DNA of 36,982 nucleotides from Bacteriovoracaceae bacterium. Lineage in GTDB: Bacteria > Bdellovibrionota > Bacteriovoracia > Bacteriovoracales > Bacteriovoracaceae. This document shows positions 9,652 through 19,814 of the stretch, piece by piece. The position numbers and the translations under genes are program-made. The stretch covers positions 62,001 to 98,982 of the forward strand of contig JABIHA010000112.1 of the NCBI GenBank assembly GCA_018649885.1. The letters run 5' to 3'. Position 1 is the stretch's first letter. The number at the start of each line of letters is the position of its first letter. The notes below the pieces were generated by a model. That model had not been told where the DNA came from. It saw only the letters and a program-made list of their open reading frames with translations, and searched no databases.

Positions 9652-10833
9652 ATGTTTAAATTAGTTTTTCTACTCTCTACACTTACAGCTCAGGCCTTTG
9701 GCTCCTTTAATGTTGTCCACTATAATATTAAAGAGCTATCCACGTTGAAGCTTTTAGAAAAATCAGAGCAAGTTGAGATGGCCGTTAAAGTTTTAAATAA
9801 GCAATATTTTGATATTTTATCGATTAATGAAATTCAATACGATCTTCCAGGGGTACCCCTAAAGGAATTGAAAACAAGAGGCCAAAATATGAAGCTTCTT
9901 GGAAGTTATCTTGGGCTCGATTGGTCCGATGCTTTTGGTCCAGCAAATACAGGAATGGATGCAAAAAAAGGTGTTGATGGAAACTACTACTTTGACCCAT
10001 ATGATTCCAATGCAAGAAAAAATGCTGACTTTGTTAGCTATGGTCTTTTTCCAGCTCAGTACTCTACTGGGGGTCTTTTTAAATTCAAGGTTAAGGAAGT
10101 TAAAATATTTCAAAACCTAAAATGGATAGACTTCAACCCCTCACTTGATTTGACACCATACAAAGATATTTCAGGTGCAGACTTTCCGAAAGACATGAAA
10201 CTATTTGATAAGAATTTTACAGACGCGACTCTTGAAATTGAGGGAAGGGATGTCCATGTGATATTTTTTCATACAGTTCCAGCTTATCATTTTGGGAACA
10301 AATTAACTCCAAACTATATTAGAAATGAAGATCAACTCAAGTTTTTAGAATGGTATTTAACAGGAAGTACTGATCTGAAAGTTGGAGAGCTAGAAATTAA
10401 GCCACTTCAAAAAGATGATATATTTATTGCAATGGGAGATTGGAATACAGATATAAAAAATGCTGAAAATCCAGGCTCTCTTGTTTTGAATAGTCTTTTT
10501 AAAAAAGTTTCACTATGGATGGAAACTCCTGCAGTCACTTATGTTGGGCAAAGCCTTCACCATGAGACAATCAACTTAACACTCGATTACATCGTTTTTA
10601 GGGGCCTAAAACTAGTTAAGGGCGGGGTTTATAGACCAGAATCGGGATTAAAAACTATTAAATGCACAAGTGGTAAAATTGAAGAAGAAGTAGAAATTGA
10701 AGAGGACCTTGTCTTTTTCACATATTCAAAATCAAAAGATGAAAAATGTAGGGCCCAGGTTTTTAGAGATTACTATCAATTGAAAAATGCATCTGATCAT
10801 CTACCACTTTGGGCAGAATTTGATTTTCTATAA
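9652..10833 (+). CDS. Secreted endonuclease/exonuclease/phosphatase-family protein
   Basis: Signal peptide; 'YNI', 'INEIQ', 'GDWN', 'LDYI', 'SDHLP' motifs. Confidence 0.85.
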   Translation: MFKLVFLLSTLTAQAFGSFNVVHYNIKELSTLKLLEKSEQVEMAVKVLNKQYFDILSINEIQYDLPGVPLKELKTRGQNMKLLGSYLGLDWSDAFGPANTGMDAKKGVDGNYYFDPYDSNARKNADFVSYGLFPAQYSTGGLFKFKVKEVKIFQNLKWIDFNPSLDLTPYKDISGADFPKDMKLFDKNFTDATLEIEGRDVHVIFFHTVPAYHFGNKLTPNYIRNEDQLKFLEWYLTGSTDLKVGELEIKPLQKDDIFIAMGDWNTDIKNAENPGSLVLNSLFKKVSLWMETPAVTYVGQSLHHETINLTLDYIVFRGLKLVKGGVYRPESGLKTIKCTSGKIEEEVEIEEDLVFFTYSKSKDEKCRAQVFRDYYQLKNASDHLPLWAEFDFL

Positions 10834-10837
10834 AGAT

Positions 10838-10861
10838 GTACCATCACATATGTGATGGTAC
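10838..10861. terminator. Perfect 24-bp palindrome between convergent genes; probable bidirectional terminator
   Basis: GTACCATCACATATGTGATGGTAC is its own reverse complement and is followed by TTT. Confidence 0.55.
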
Positions 10862-10872
10862 TTTGCAGTCAT

Positions 10873-11367
10873 TTACTTTTTTGTGAATAATATTTTTTTG
10901 ATTCCAATTGGGGTTCCAAACATTTTCTTTAGTACTAATGTGACCTGATTGAATTCCTTGCCTGCAGGATCAAGTAGCTTCCAATCATCACCATCTCTTG
11001 TGAGATCAATGTCTTTTTCGCCATATTTTTTACTTAAGGCAGACTTAAGGTAGCTCATTTTTATATCACCACCACCGGCTGCAGTGATATTAGTGCTTTT
11101 AAGTTTTACAACATGCATGCCTCTTTCTTCTCTGAGGTTTATGCCTTTTTTGACTTGGGCAACTGAGAAGTAATCAACTTGCTTTAGCCAGTAGAAGAAG
11201 TAAAAAGTTTCCTGACGAAATCTTTTGATATCACCTTTTTCATTGATTTCAATATAGAGATTAGAATTTTCTGCAAGGCCTTTGGACCCCACTTTTGTCA
11301 GCATTACATCTTTTGCAAAAGCACTACTGAGAGATATTAAAAGTAAAAACACGAATGTAAGACGCAT
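10873..11367 (-). CDS. Hypothetical exported basic protein
   Basis: Signal peptide ending in AFA; GGAAGG RBS. Confidence 0.7.
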   Translation of the reverse strand: MRLTFVFLLLISLSSAFAKDVMLTKVGSKGLAENSNLYIEINEKGDIKRFRQETFYFFYWLKQVDYFSVAQVKKGINLREERGMHVVKLKSTNITAAGGGDIKMSYLKSALSKKYGEKDIDLTRDGDDWKLLDPAGKEFNQVTLVLKKMFGTPIGIKKILFTKK

Positions 11368-11493
11368 AACCTTCCTTTTTTCAGTGAATCTAATTATTGC
11401 AATTGGTATTACTAATAGGATAAGGGGAAATCAAAATTTTTGTTAATACTTTCTTAATGTTTGAAAATTAGAGGAGAAGGCTAGTTGGTTATT

Positions 11494-11985
11494 TCAGATC
11501 TTGTGTTCTTGTTTTATTTTATCTAGTAAGCTGGCACAGCTATCTTCAAGAATATCGATAACATTTTCGAATCCCCCGGTACCTCCATAGTACGGGTCCG
11601 GTACGAAGTCGGCTTGGCTTGTGCTGCAAAAATCGGTCATCTTGAAAATTTTATTTTTAAACTTATCCTTATGGTCGAGTAATAATATATTGGTAATATT
11701 TGAATCATCCATGCCTAAAATGTAATCAAATTTTTCAAAGTCCGAGGCCTCTAGTTGCCTCGCTCGACTTAAAAGCTGATAGCCTCTAATTTGACCAAAA
11801 TGCCTCATTCTACTGTCTGCTAGCTCACCTTGGTGGTAACCACTAGTGCCAGCTGAATCAATATATATCTTATCTCTGAGTCCTGACTGCTCAGTTAACT
11901 TGCTCATGACAGCTTCTGCCATGGGAGATCTACAGATATTTCCTAGGCATACAAACAATATGGAGATGGGCGATTTTTCATTCAT
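11494..11985 (-). CDS. Low-molecular-weight protein-tyrosine phosphatase
   Basis: P-loop 'VCLGNICRS' and 'DPYY' motif. Confidence 0.95.
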   Translation of the reverse strand: MNEKSPISILFVCLGNICRSPMAEAVMSKLTEQSGLRDKIYIDSAGTSGYHQGELADSRMRHFGQIRGYQLLSRARQLEASDFEKFDYILGMDDSNITNILLLDHKDKFKNKIFKMTDFCSTSQADFVPDPYYGGTGGFENVIDILEDSCASLLDKIKQEHKI

Positions 11986-12154
11986 GAAAAATATTGTAGT
12001 AGCACTAGATATAATTTGAAAGGACTTTCAGGAGATTAGGGATGGCGCGTAGCGCATGCCGCTCTCTATATCATGTAAATACGAACAAATAGCTCAATAG
12101 AAGTGGACAATGGGCCTAGGTATTTATACGAAAAGCACATAAAGGATTAAATTT

Positions 12155-13546
12155 ATGGATACTACTGGCATTGAAAATACTTTGAACGATAAAGGTGAGT
12201 TGCGCACTATATTTTTCACCTCTCTAGGTTGCTCAAAAAACCTGGTCGATTCGCAAGTGATGCTAGGGCATCTGGGCCTTGGAGGATTCAAGGTAACACC
12301 AGAACCAAAAGATGCTGAAGTTATTATCATTAATACCTGCTCCTTTGTAGAAGCAGCAAAAGCAGAGTCCATCGAAACCGTTTTAGAACTCGCTGATTAC
12401 AAAGACGATGAGAATGGGCAGTGTAAGGCCCTAGTTGTTTCGGGATGCATGGCCCAACGCTATTGTGTCGAGCTTGAAAAGGAAATGCCTGAGGTAGATC
12501 TATTTATTGGAACTGGAGAATATCAAAAGATTGTTCCCCTATTAACGGCCCTTGAAGATGGCAAATTAGAAAAAAAATCATTTGTAGAAATACCAAAATA
12601 TATTCATACGGAATTTGATCCAAGAGTAAATACTTCACCTTTTTATATGGCATGGCTTAAAGTTTCTGAAGGTTGTAATCGAAATTGTACATTTTGTATT
12701 ATTCCAACTCTTAGAGGAAAGCTGAGATCAAGAACTGTTGAATCATTAAAAACAGAAGCAGCTCACTTGGTGGCCTCTGGGGTTAAAGAGCTTAATGTTA
12801 TTAGCCAAGATTTATCTGATTACGGAAGTGATTTTTCTGGAGACAGACAAATTCAAAAATTACTTCTAGGTCTTGATAGTGTTGAAGGTGCATCATGGGT
12901 AAGGCTATTTTATTTTTATCCTGATGAAATTTCAGATGAAATAATTCAAATTATTAAAGATTCCGAAAAGATTGTAAATTATCTCGATATGCCAGTTCAG
13001 CATTTTTCCGATTACATTTTAAAAAGGATGAATCGAAATATAACAGGAGCAGAGGTTGAGGAAAAAATAGGCAAACTTCGACGTAGTATTCCCGATATCG
13101 TCATTAGAACTTCGATTATTGTAGGTTTTCCTGGAGAGAGCGAGAGCGATTTTCAAAAGCTTTTAGACGGTGTGAAAAAAGCAAAGTTTGATCACCTGGG
13201 AGTGTTTAAGTATTCTGATGAAGAGGGCACTGCCGCTTTTAGACTTAAAGATAAAGTTGATAGTGAGACTATTGATGAAAGATTTGAAATTCTCTATGAA
13301 ACTCAAAAAGAAATTGTAAAAGAAAACAACCAAAAATACCTGGGAAGGGTACTCGATGTACTGGTTGAAGGAGTCCATGAGGAAACCGATCTTCTATTAC
13401 AAGGTAGGCATTCTGGTCAAGGCCCAGACATTGATGGAAAAGTGATCATTAATGATGGTCTTGCAAAGCCGGGTGAAATAGTTAAAGTGGAAATCACTGA
13501 TGTCCTTGACTATGACTTGGTTGGAAAAATTATTCCAAATCCTTAA
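12155..13546 (+). CDS. rimO: Ribosomal protein S12 methylthiotransferase RimO
   Basis: 'LGCSKNLVDS', 'INTCSF', radical-SAM 'CNRNCTFC', C-terminal TRAM domain 'PDIDG'. Confidence 0.93.
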   Translation: MDTTGIENTLNDKGELRTIFFTSLGCSKNLVDSQVMLGHLGLGGFKVTPEPKDAEVIIINTCSFVEAAKAESIETVLELADYKDDENGQCKALVVSGCMAQRYCVELEKEMPEVDLFIGTGEYQKIVPLLTALEDGKLEKKSFVEIPKYIHTEFDPRVNTSPFYMAWLKVSEGCNRNCTFCIIPTLRGKLRSRTVESLKTEAAHLVASGVKELNVISQDLSDYGSDFSGDRQIQKLLLGLDSVEGASWVRLFYFYPDEISDEIIQIIKDSEKIVNYLDMPVQHFSDYILKRMNRNITGAEVEEKIGKLRRSIPDIVIRTSIIVGFPGESESDFQKLLDGVKKAKFDHLGVFKYSDEEGTAAFRLKDKVDSETIDERFEILYETQKEIVKENNQKYLGRVLDVLVEGVHEETDLLLQGRHSGQGPDIDGKVIINDGLAKPGEIVKVEITDVLDYDLVGKIIPNP

Positions 13547-13678
13547 TACCAATTACGTTAAATAATGTCGGTTTTTGAACGCCATTTTTGCAAACCTTGC
13601 ACTTTTGCTTAATCACAAAAGCGCAATCTTTACAAAACTGACATCCAAAAATCCCGATATTGTTTGACGTAATTGGTA
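13547..13678. mobile_element. TA-flanked palindromic MITE/ERIC-like element (132 bp)
   Basis: TACCAATTACGTTAAATAATGTCGG...CCGATATTGTTTGACGTAATTGGTA; imperfect inverted repeat of about 60 bp per arm. Confidence 0.6.
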
Positions 13679-13751
13679 TAAGTAGATTTATTGCACGATA
13701 GTAAGTATACTTTTCAATATAATTTCAACCTGACGCTATGGATAGAAACAG

Positions 13752-14555
13752 TTGAAGTACCTCCTCGTATTGTTTATTCTCTTTTCCCAAATTCCAGAAT
13801 CTCATGCAATTGATTGGGGAAAATTAAAAGAAAAATCTAGGCCTCGAATTCAGAGAATTTTGGGTATAAGTTTAACTAACAAGTTGTTAGGTAAAAAACC
13901 AGACACTATAACTCTTCCTGAAATTCCAATTGTTACAAAAGATGCTACTTCAACTGAGTCTTACAAGGAGAGAAGCTTTGAGAGTACACTTTTCAAAAAA
14001 TCTTCCAAGGCCCAAATTAGAACATTCAATTTTAACTATATTAATGAACTATATCTGTCGGTTATTGAGAGAAATGTTACTGACTCTGAACAATCTAATT
14101 GGATTAATGCTCTCGAACAAGGCGGCAGTAGAGATGGTATCTACAGAGCACTAGTTCTCGGAGGTGAATACCTTGAAAGGGAGAGAGCGAGATCTCACTC
14201 TAGTAAAAGTGTAATTAATTTCACGAAGGCCTTTATGGGGAAATATCTCAACCGAAAGCCTTCCGCTGCTGCTTTGAAACAGTTAAATACCTACAGCTTG
14301 AAAAGGGTTGCTGTAGAAACGTCACTTGAAGTATTGGATGCATTTTCAACTGAGATGGATTTGCTTCGCTGGTACGCTGTCTTTTCAGCTGATATGGCTT
14401 CATCATTTCCTAATTATTTAAGTGGCTCACTTAGAAAAAACAAAGATCCTAAGTATCACCTACATTGGGCCAAAAGCGTTCCATATGGTCATATACAGTC
14501 AGAAGTGATAATAAAACTCCACACAATTTATAATTCCCTAGAAAAAGAATTGTAA
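13752..14555 (+). CDS. Exported protein with DUF4214-like helical motif
   Basis: Signal peptide; 'YINELYLSVIER...NWINALEQGGSR' resembles the DUF4214 pattern. Confidence 0.6.
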   Translation: MKYLLVLFILFSQIPESHAIDWGKLKEKSRPRIQRILGISLTNKLLGKKPDTITLPEIPIVTKDATSTESYKERSFESTLFKKSSKAQIRTFNFNYINELYLSVIERNVTDSEQSNWINALEQGGSRDGIYRALVLGGEYLERERARSHSSKSVINFTKAFMGKYLNRKPSAAALKQLNTYSLKRVAVETSLEVLDAFSTEMDLLRWYAVFSADMASSFPNYLSGSLRKNKDPKYHLHWAKSVPYGHIQSEVIIKLHTIYNSLEKEL

Positions 14556-14606
14556 AACTATACTGAAATCCAAACTGGGATCAGTATACCTCTAAATTTG
14601 AGAGTT

Positions 14607-16394
14607 ATGGATAGTAAAACTGATAATTCATTATTTATCCCAGTTGTTAAAGAGCTAGTGAAGCCCTACAAAAAAATATTGGGTTTTGGATGTATCATTG
14701 TTGTACTTATTAATGCGCTTGAAATGATTCCACCACTACTGTTAAAAAATCTTGGGGACTCAATTCAATCAGGTGCCTATAATTACGATCCAAGAATTTA
14801 CGCTGCCATTTTCCTTGGTATATATATTGCTATCGGTGCTTTGAAATTAGTTTGGAGATATTGTTTTTTTATAACTTCTAGATATATGGAAGTTGATCTT
14901 AAGAAAAATCTCTTTGAAAAAATACTGTTGTCTAGATTTAGTAAGGCCTCATCACTAAAGGTTGGAACCACCGTAAGTTTATTAAGTTACGATACTAATG
15001 ATGTGAGAATGTATATCGGTATTGGAGGCTTGATCCTTATTGATACTATAACTTATCTAATTTATATACCTTTTGTTCTTTATACTATTATTGGCATTAA
15101 ATGTTTGATTCTATTGATCCCATTTGCGCTGATTCCTTTTGGGATGCATTTGTACGAGAAAAATGTGAATTTTCTTTACGAGAAATCATCTAAATTGTTG
15201 GGCGATATTTCTGATAAAGTGCACGAGGAGTCTGTTGGAGTAAAAATCTTTAGAGTGCTGAGACTTCAAGGGGTTAGAAGAACAAAATTTAGAGGTCTGT
15301 TGGATAGTCTTTATGAAACGAATAAGAGTATTGGAGTGGTGGATCTTTGTTTCGAATCATTTCTTCTATCACTTATTTTTATGTCTAGGGCAATACTATT
15401 TCTTTGTGCTTACTTTGCTCTCACTTCAAATGAAATGTGGTTAAAGGATTTTGCTTCTCTTGGAGTTATCATTCTTGTTTTAAAACTCCTTGATAAATTA
15501 ATTTGGCCTATGATGTCTTTTTCCTACCTTGCTACACTTTCAGAGAAGGCAAAGGCTGCGGTGAGGAGAATGAGTTATATATATGAATTGGAACCTGCCT
15601 ATAAGGGTGAGCATAAGGTTTTTTCACCCATTCATAGTATTGACGTAGAAGATCTTTATTTTACTTATCCAAACGAAAGAAATCATGTCTTAGATGGCAT
15701 TCACTTTAAAGCATCGCAAGGCCAAAAAATTGGGATCGTGGGGGATGTAGGAGCTGGAAAGTCGACTCTTCTAAGAATACTAGCTTCTCTTCACCAGCCA
15801 AGTGAAATCGATAGTTATGGAAAATTTCAAATTAATGAAATCGATTATCGTAATATTAACTATGATCTCTACCGTAATATTACCTCTTATATTCCGCAGG
15901 AGAGTATTGTTTTTAATTCTACACTTTCAGGTAACTTATCTCCTAACGGTAAAGCTACAAAAGAAGAAATTCACGCTAGCTTAAAAGATGCGTGCCTAGA
16001 TACAGACTTAAAACAACTCCCAAAGGGAATTGAAACTCTCATTGGGGAAAAAGGGGTGAATTTGTCTGGAGGGCAGAGACAAAGAGTCTCCATTGCCCGC
16101 TCTTTTCTTTCTAATGCTTCTCTCTACCTTTGGGATGATACAATATCTGCTTTAGATGTAGAAACTGAAAGAAAGGTGGTTTCCAATATTTTCAAGTTAA
16201 ATCCTGAAGCCATTTTAGTTCTTGCAACTCACAGGCCTTCAGCACTTATGGATTTTGATAATATCTATATCTTGATGGACGGCAAGGTAATCGAAGAGGG
16301 GAACTTTTCTAAATTAATGCAAATTAAAGGACATTTTTATAACCTATTTCAGTATGAAGTAAGAACCAGGGAAGTAGGAGGAATTGATGAATAA
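14607..16394 (+). CDS. ABC exporter TMD-NBD subunit (degenerate Walker B), heterodimer partner A
   Basis: TM domain, Walker A 'GDVGAGKS', signature 'LSGGQ', Walker B 'YLWDD'. Confidence 0.92.
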   Translation: MDSKTDNSLFIPVVKELVKPYKKILGFGCIIVVLINALEMIPPLLLKNLGDSIQSGAYNYDPRIYAAIFLGIYIAIGALKLVWRYCFFITSRYMEVDLKKNLFEKILLSRFSKASSLKVGTTVSLLSYDTNDVRMYIGIGGLILIDTITYLIYIPFVLYTIIGIKCLILLIPFALIPFGMHLYEKNVNFLYEKSSKLLGDISDKVHEESVGVKIFRVLRLQGVRRTKFRGLLDSLYETNKSIGVVDLCFESFLLSLIFMSRAILFLCAYFALTSNEMWLKDFASLGVIILVLKLLDKLIWPMMSFSYLATLSEKAKAAVRRMSYIYELEPAYKGEHKVFSPIHSIDVEDLYFTYPNERNHVLDGIHFKASQGQKIGIVGDVGAGKSTLLRILASLHQPSEIDSYGKFQINEIDYRNINYDLYRNITSYIPQESIVFNSTLSGNLSPNGKATKEEIHASLKDACLDTDLKQLPKGIETLIGEKGVNLSGGQRQRVSIARSFLSNASLYLWDDTISALDVETERKVVSNIFKLNPEAILVLATHRPSALMDFDNIYILMDGKVIEEGNFSKLMQIKGHFYNLFQYEVRTREVGGIDE

Positions 16395-18159
16395 ATTACT
16401 CCTCGATGACCAAGATAGAAAAAATGAAAAGTTTCAGGCAATTAATGATTTTAAAGTTTTGTGGCCATACTTAAAAGAATTTAAATTCCAATTGATAGTC
16501 TGCATCGTTTTGTTTGGATTTAGTACAGTAGGAACTATCGGTGTTCCCTATTCGATGGGACTAGTGATCGATAAGTCTCTCACCGATGGCTCAAATTTTT
16601 GGACCTACTTTCTATTCTTTTGCGGATGTTATCTAATAATGATAATTTTCTCATTTTTACAAAATTATATTTTTCTAAAGTTAGGGCAAAGAGCACTATA
16701 TAACTTACGCGTCGATATCCAAGAGCTACTTTTTAGACTTCCACTAAAATTCTTTGATACAAATTCCTCTGGAAAAATCATTAGCCGTTCAGTCAATGAT
16801 GTTACTGGACTTGCCGTCTTATTTAACTCCAAATTTTTTAGCACTATGAGTGAAGCAGCCACTATTATAGGCTCACTGGCAGCACTCACTTTAATCTCAC
16901 CACTATGTGGTGGTTTTCTTAGTATTTATACAATCCTACTCATTTTCTTTCTTTTTAAATTTATGGGCGAAGCTGGAAAGAAAATGATTGGCTTTAGGTC
17001 CATAAGCTCAAGGATAAATTCCTTTGTTGGCGATACAGTCAATGGACTGGAAATAATTTTTGCTAGTAATTATCACTCTTTTTGGATTCCCAAATATCTT
17101 AGATTTATGAGGTTATTTAAGGTCTCAATTAAAAGAGTCATTTTCGCCTGGGCCAAATTTCCAACCGTTCATACTATTGCCATAGGACTTTCCTATTCTA
17201 CAGTCATATTTATTTGTTACAATCAAGTTCAAAGTGGTGTCATTACATCAGGTCAATTTGTCGCTATTTTAACCTATGTCTCCTTTATATTAAATCCTTT
17301 CCACCAGATTTCAGGCCGGTTCAACGAATTTCAAACGGCCATGTCATCCATGAATAAAATCAATCAAATTTTATCCTTAAAAGATGAAAGAGAAATTGAT
17401 GTAAGCGTTGGAGGCATGTTACTAATCCCTGGATCGGATATTAACTTTGAAAATTTGAAATTTGGTTACGATAGTGAAAATGCTCTATTCGATGGATTTA
17501 ATTGCACTATCCCAGGAGAAAAAACCACAGCAATCATAGGTAGAACAGGCTCTGGAAAAACGAGTTTAATAGGGCTTATTTGCAAGTTATATCCATGGCA
17601 AGGTGGGGATATCAAAATTGGAGACTTTAGCCTTCAAGATTTATCAAAGGAATCTCTTTATTCTCACGTCGGTGTTGTCACGCAACAATTATTTATTTTC
17701 GAAGACACTATTAGAGAAAACCTGAGACTTTATGATGAAAGCATTGATGATGAAAGAATATCGAATGTGCTTGCAGAGATAAAGTTAGATAAAAAAATCA
17801 ATTCTCTTGAAAAAGGGCTTGATAGTTTTTTTGATAAATCATCTGATATTTTCTCTGTTGGAGAAAAGCAGCTTATAATCATTGGGAGAATGCTCCTGAG
17901 AGATCCCAAAATTTTAATTTTTGATGAGGCTACAGCAAGTCTCGATAATCACTCAGAGTTCCTAGTTCAAAATGCCTGCCAAAAACTATTCAGGGGAAGA
18001 ACAACAATTATTATTGCACACAGACTCTCGACCATTCAAATGGCACAAAATATAGTTGTTCTCGACAGTGGCAAGATTGTAGAAGAAGGAGCTCCCGATA
18101 AACTAATTGAAAACAAAGGTGCTTACTACGACTATCTTCAATTTCTATCTGATGAGTAG
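16387..18159 (+). CDS. ABC exporter TMD-NBD subunit, heterodimer partner B
   Basis: Walker A 'GRTGSGKT', degenerate signature 'FSVGE', Walker B 'IFDEAT', 'AHRLS'; AGGAGG RBS; overlaps partner A. Confidence 0.92.
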   Translation: MNKLLLDDQDRKNEKFQAINDFKVLWPYLKEFKFQLIVCIVLFGFSTVGTIGVPYSMGLVIDKSLTDGSNFWTYFLFFCGCYLIMIIFSFLQNYIFLKLGQRALYNLRVDIQELLFRLPLKFFDTNSSGKIISRSVNDVTGLAVLFNSKFFSTMSEAATIIGSLAALTLISPLCGGFLSIYTILLIFFLFKFMGEAGKKMIGFRSISSRINSFVGDTVNGLEIIFASNYHSFWIPKYLRFMRLFKVSIKRVIFAWAKFPTVHTIAIGLSYSTVIFICYNQVQSGVITSGQFVAILTYVSFILNPFHQISGRFNEFQTAMSSMNKINQILSLKDEREIDVSVGGMLLIPGSDINFENLKFGYDSENALFDGFNCTIPGEKTTAIIGRTGSGKTSLIGLICKLYPWQGGDIKIGDFSLQDLSKESLYSHVGVVTQQLFIFEDTIRENLRLYDESIDDERISNVLAEIKLDKKINSLEKGLDSFFDKSSDIFSVGEKQLIIIGRMLLRDPKILIFDEATASLDNHSEFLVQNACQKLFRGRTTIIIAHRLSTIQMAQNIVVLDSGKIVEEGAPDKLIENKGAYYDYLQFLSDE

Positions 18160-19124
18160 AAAATATCTTTTCGACCAGTGATACCCAGAAGTAGTCTTTC
18201 TATTCCTAGAGCAATCCCTGAGCTAACGGGAATTTTTCTTTCTAGGGCATCAAAAAGTATATTGGGAGTAGGAAGGTCGTATCTGTAGAGCTCTTTTTTT
18301 AAAGATTTTGAATTTTGATATCTGTGCTTTTGTTCTTCCAAATCTGTTAGTTCACTGTAGCAGTTGGCGACTTCAATTCCTGAGATGTAGAACTCAAAAC
18401 GTTCACATACCCTAGGGTCGTCTTTTTTGATAGTTGATAGGGCACTTAGATGACGTGGATATTCATAGAGAATCAGTAGCGGGTAGTTTTTAAGTTGAGG
18501 TTCTATTTTATTTAAAAAGAGTAGAAAGAAATAGTCATCCCAAGACATACAATTTTCTTCAGGAAGTGGGATGTCGGGAAATTTAGATTCCATTAAATCT
18601 TTGATTTGGTTTTTTTCTAAAAAATCGAGGATATCAAACCCCATCTCTTTTTGAAAAATTTCTGAAATTGTAAGTCTTTGGACTTTTTGATTGGTAATAC
18701 TCTGACTAATCTCAAGTTTTTTGCTTTGAAAGTATTCGATACAATGTGGAATTAGTTGTTCAATATCAGTCATGATTTTTTCGTAGGCCACATTTGATCT
18801 ATACCATTCACACATTAAAAATTGCTGCCTGTGAATGGGAGATGTTGGCTCATCTCGAAAGCAATAGGAAATGTTGAATATTTTTTCAAGGCCATATGAA
18901 AGTAGCTCTTTCATGTGAAACTCAGGTGAAGTGTGCAAAAATTGTGGAAGAGTTTGGTTTTTATAAATGGATTTAATTTGAAAGGGATGAATATGAGGTT
19001 CAAACCCTGGGTTGTCCACCATGGGCGGAGTTATGACATCTTGAAAATCTTGTTTCAGAAAAAAATTCCTAATGGCCGCCGTCATTGTGAAAAGGTAGTT
19101 TAGTGTAATGGCACGATCTTTCAA
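18138..19124 (-). CDS. epmA: EF-P lysine aminoacylase EpmA (GenX/PoxA)
   Basis: LysRS catalytic core without anticodon domain: 'LHTSPEFHMKELL', 'FRDE', 'ERFEFYISGIEVAN', 'GIALGIERL'. TTG start with AAGGA RBS. Confidence 0.9.
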   Translation of the reverse strand: MKDRAITLNYLFTMTAAIRNFFLKQDFQDVITPPMVDNPGFEPHIHPFQIKSIYKNQTLPQFLHTSPEFHMKELLSYGLEKIFNISYCFRDEPTSPIHRQQFLMCEWYRSNVAYEKIMTDIEQLIPHCIEYFQSKKLEISQSITNQKVQRLTISEIFQKEMGFDILDFLEKNQIKDLMESKFPDIPLPEENCMSWDDYFFLLFLNKIEPQLKNYPLLILYEYPRHLSALSTIKKDDPRVCERFEFYISGIEVANCYSELTDLEEQKHRYQNSKSLKKELYRYDLPTPNILFDALERKIPVSSGIALGIERLLLGITGRKDIFYSSDRN

Positions 19125-19770
19125 ATTTGATTTCCTTAAAGGGGTTCTGCCCCAAAAATTATCTGAGATTCAATATAACTCACGTTTTTCCGAACTTAAA
19201 ACAGTTGTTAGTGTGGAGGACGATTGGGGAGGGGCTGTTTTGTGCTGTATTGTTGAAGACAGCCTGCTCTACATTAAGCGAACTGAGTCTATGCCGACTC
19301 ATAAAGGGCAAGTGGCTTTTATGGGAGGACACAAGCAAGAATCCGAGTGTCCAACTCAGACTGTTTTGAGAGAGTTGGAAGAAGAGGGAGGTATTGCTAG
19401 TGAGCACATTCAAATTCATGGATACCTGCCGGCGCTGTTTACAGCTCGTAAGCAATTGATAATACCTGTTGTTGGGGAATTGAGTCTGACAATTTCTGAG
19501 CTTAAAAAAACCATCGCAAGTAATGGTGAATGGGATATTTGCTTTGCAGTAAAAATCGAAGCTCTATCAGACATTGAAAAGTGGAGCTATGCCCAAAAGT
19601 GGGGGGCCATAAGTGATGAGGCCATTTTATTTCGAGGACTGGGCATTCATGAAGTGGAATTAATGAGAAATTATGGGGAGCTTGTACATAATTTTGTATT
19701 GTGGGGTGCGACTGCACATTTTACCAATAGTTTTTTGAAGGCGATTACTGACCCCGGCTCACCCTTGTGA
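19108..19770 (+). CDS. Nudix hydrolase, CoA-pyrophosphatase-like
   Basis: 'HKGQVAFMGG...RELEEEGGI' Nudix box and C-terminal 'LWGATA'. Confidence 0.85.
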   Translation: MARSFKFDFLKGVLPQKLSEIQYNSRFSELKTVVSVEDDWGGAVLCCIVEDSLLYIKRTESMPTHKGQVAFMGGHKQESECPTQTVLRELEEEGGIASEHIQIHGYLPALFTARKQLIIPVVGELSLTISELKKTIASNGEWDICFAVKIEALSDIEKWSYAQKWGAISDEAILFRGLGIHEVELMRNYGELVHNFVLWGATAHFTNSFLKAITDPGSPL

Positions 19771-19814
19771 TAGATATACTGACTCTATTTTAGTTTTTAA
19801 TGCAAGGGATACAA

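Noticed and set aside
14559..14588. TATACTGA...TCAGTATA short hairpin
   Set aside because: Short, with no U tail; function cannot be supported.
14607..18159. Degenerate Walker B and signature motifs as signs of pseudogenisation
   Set aside because: This is the normal asymmetry of TmrAB/BmrCD-type heterodimeric exporters.
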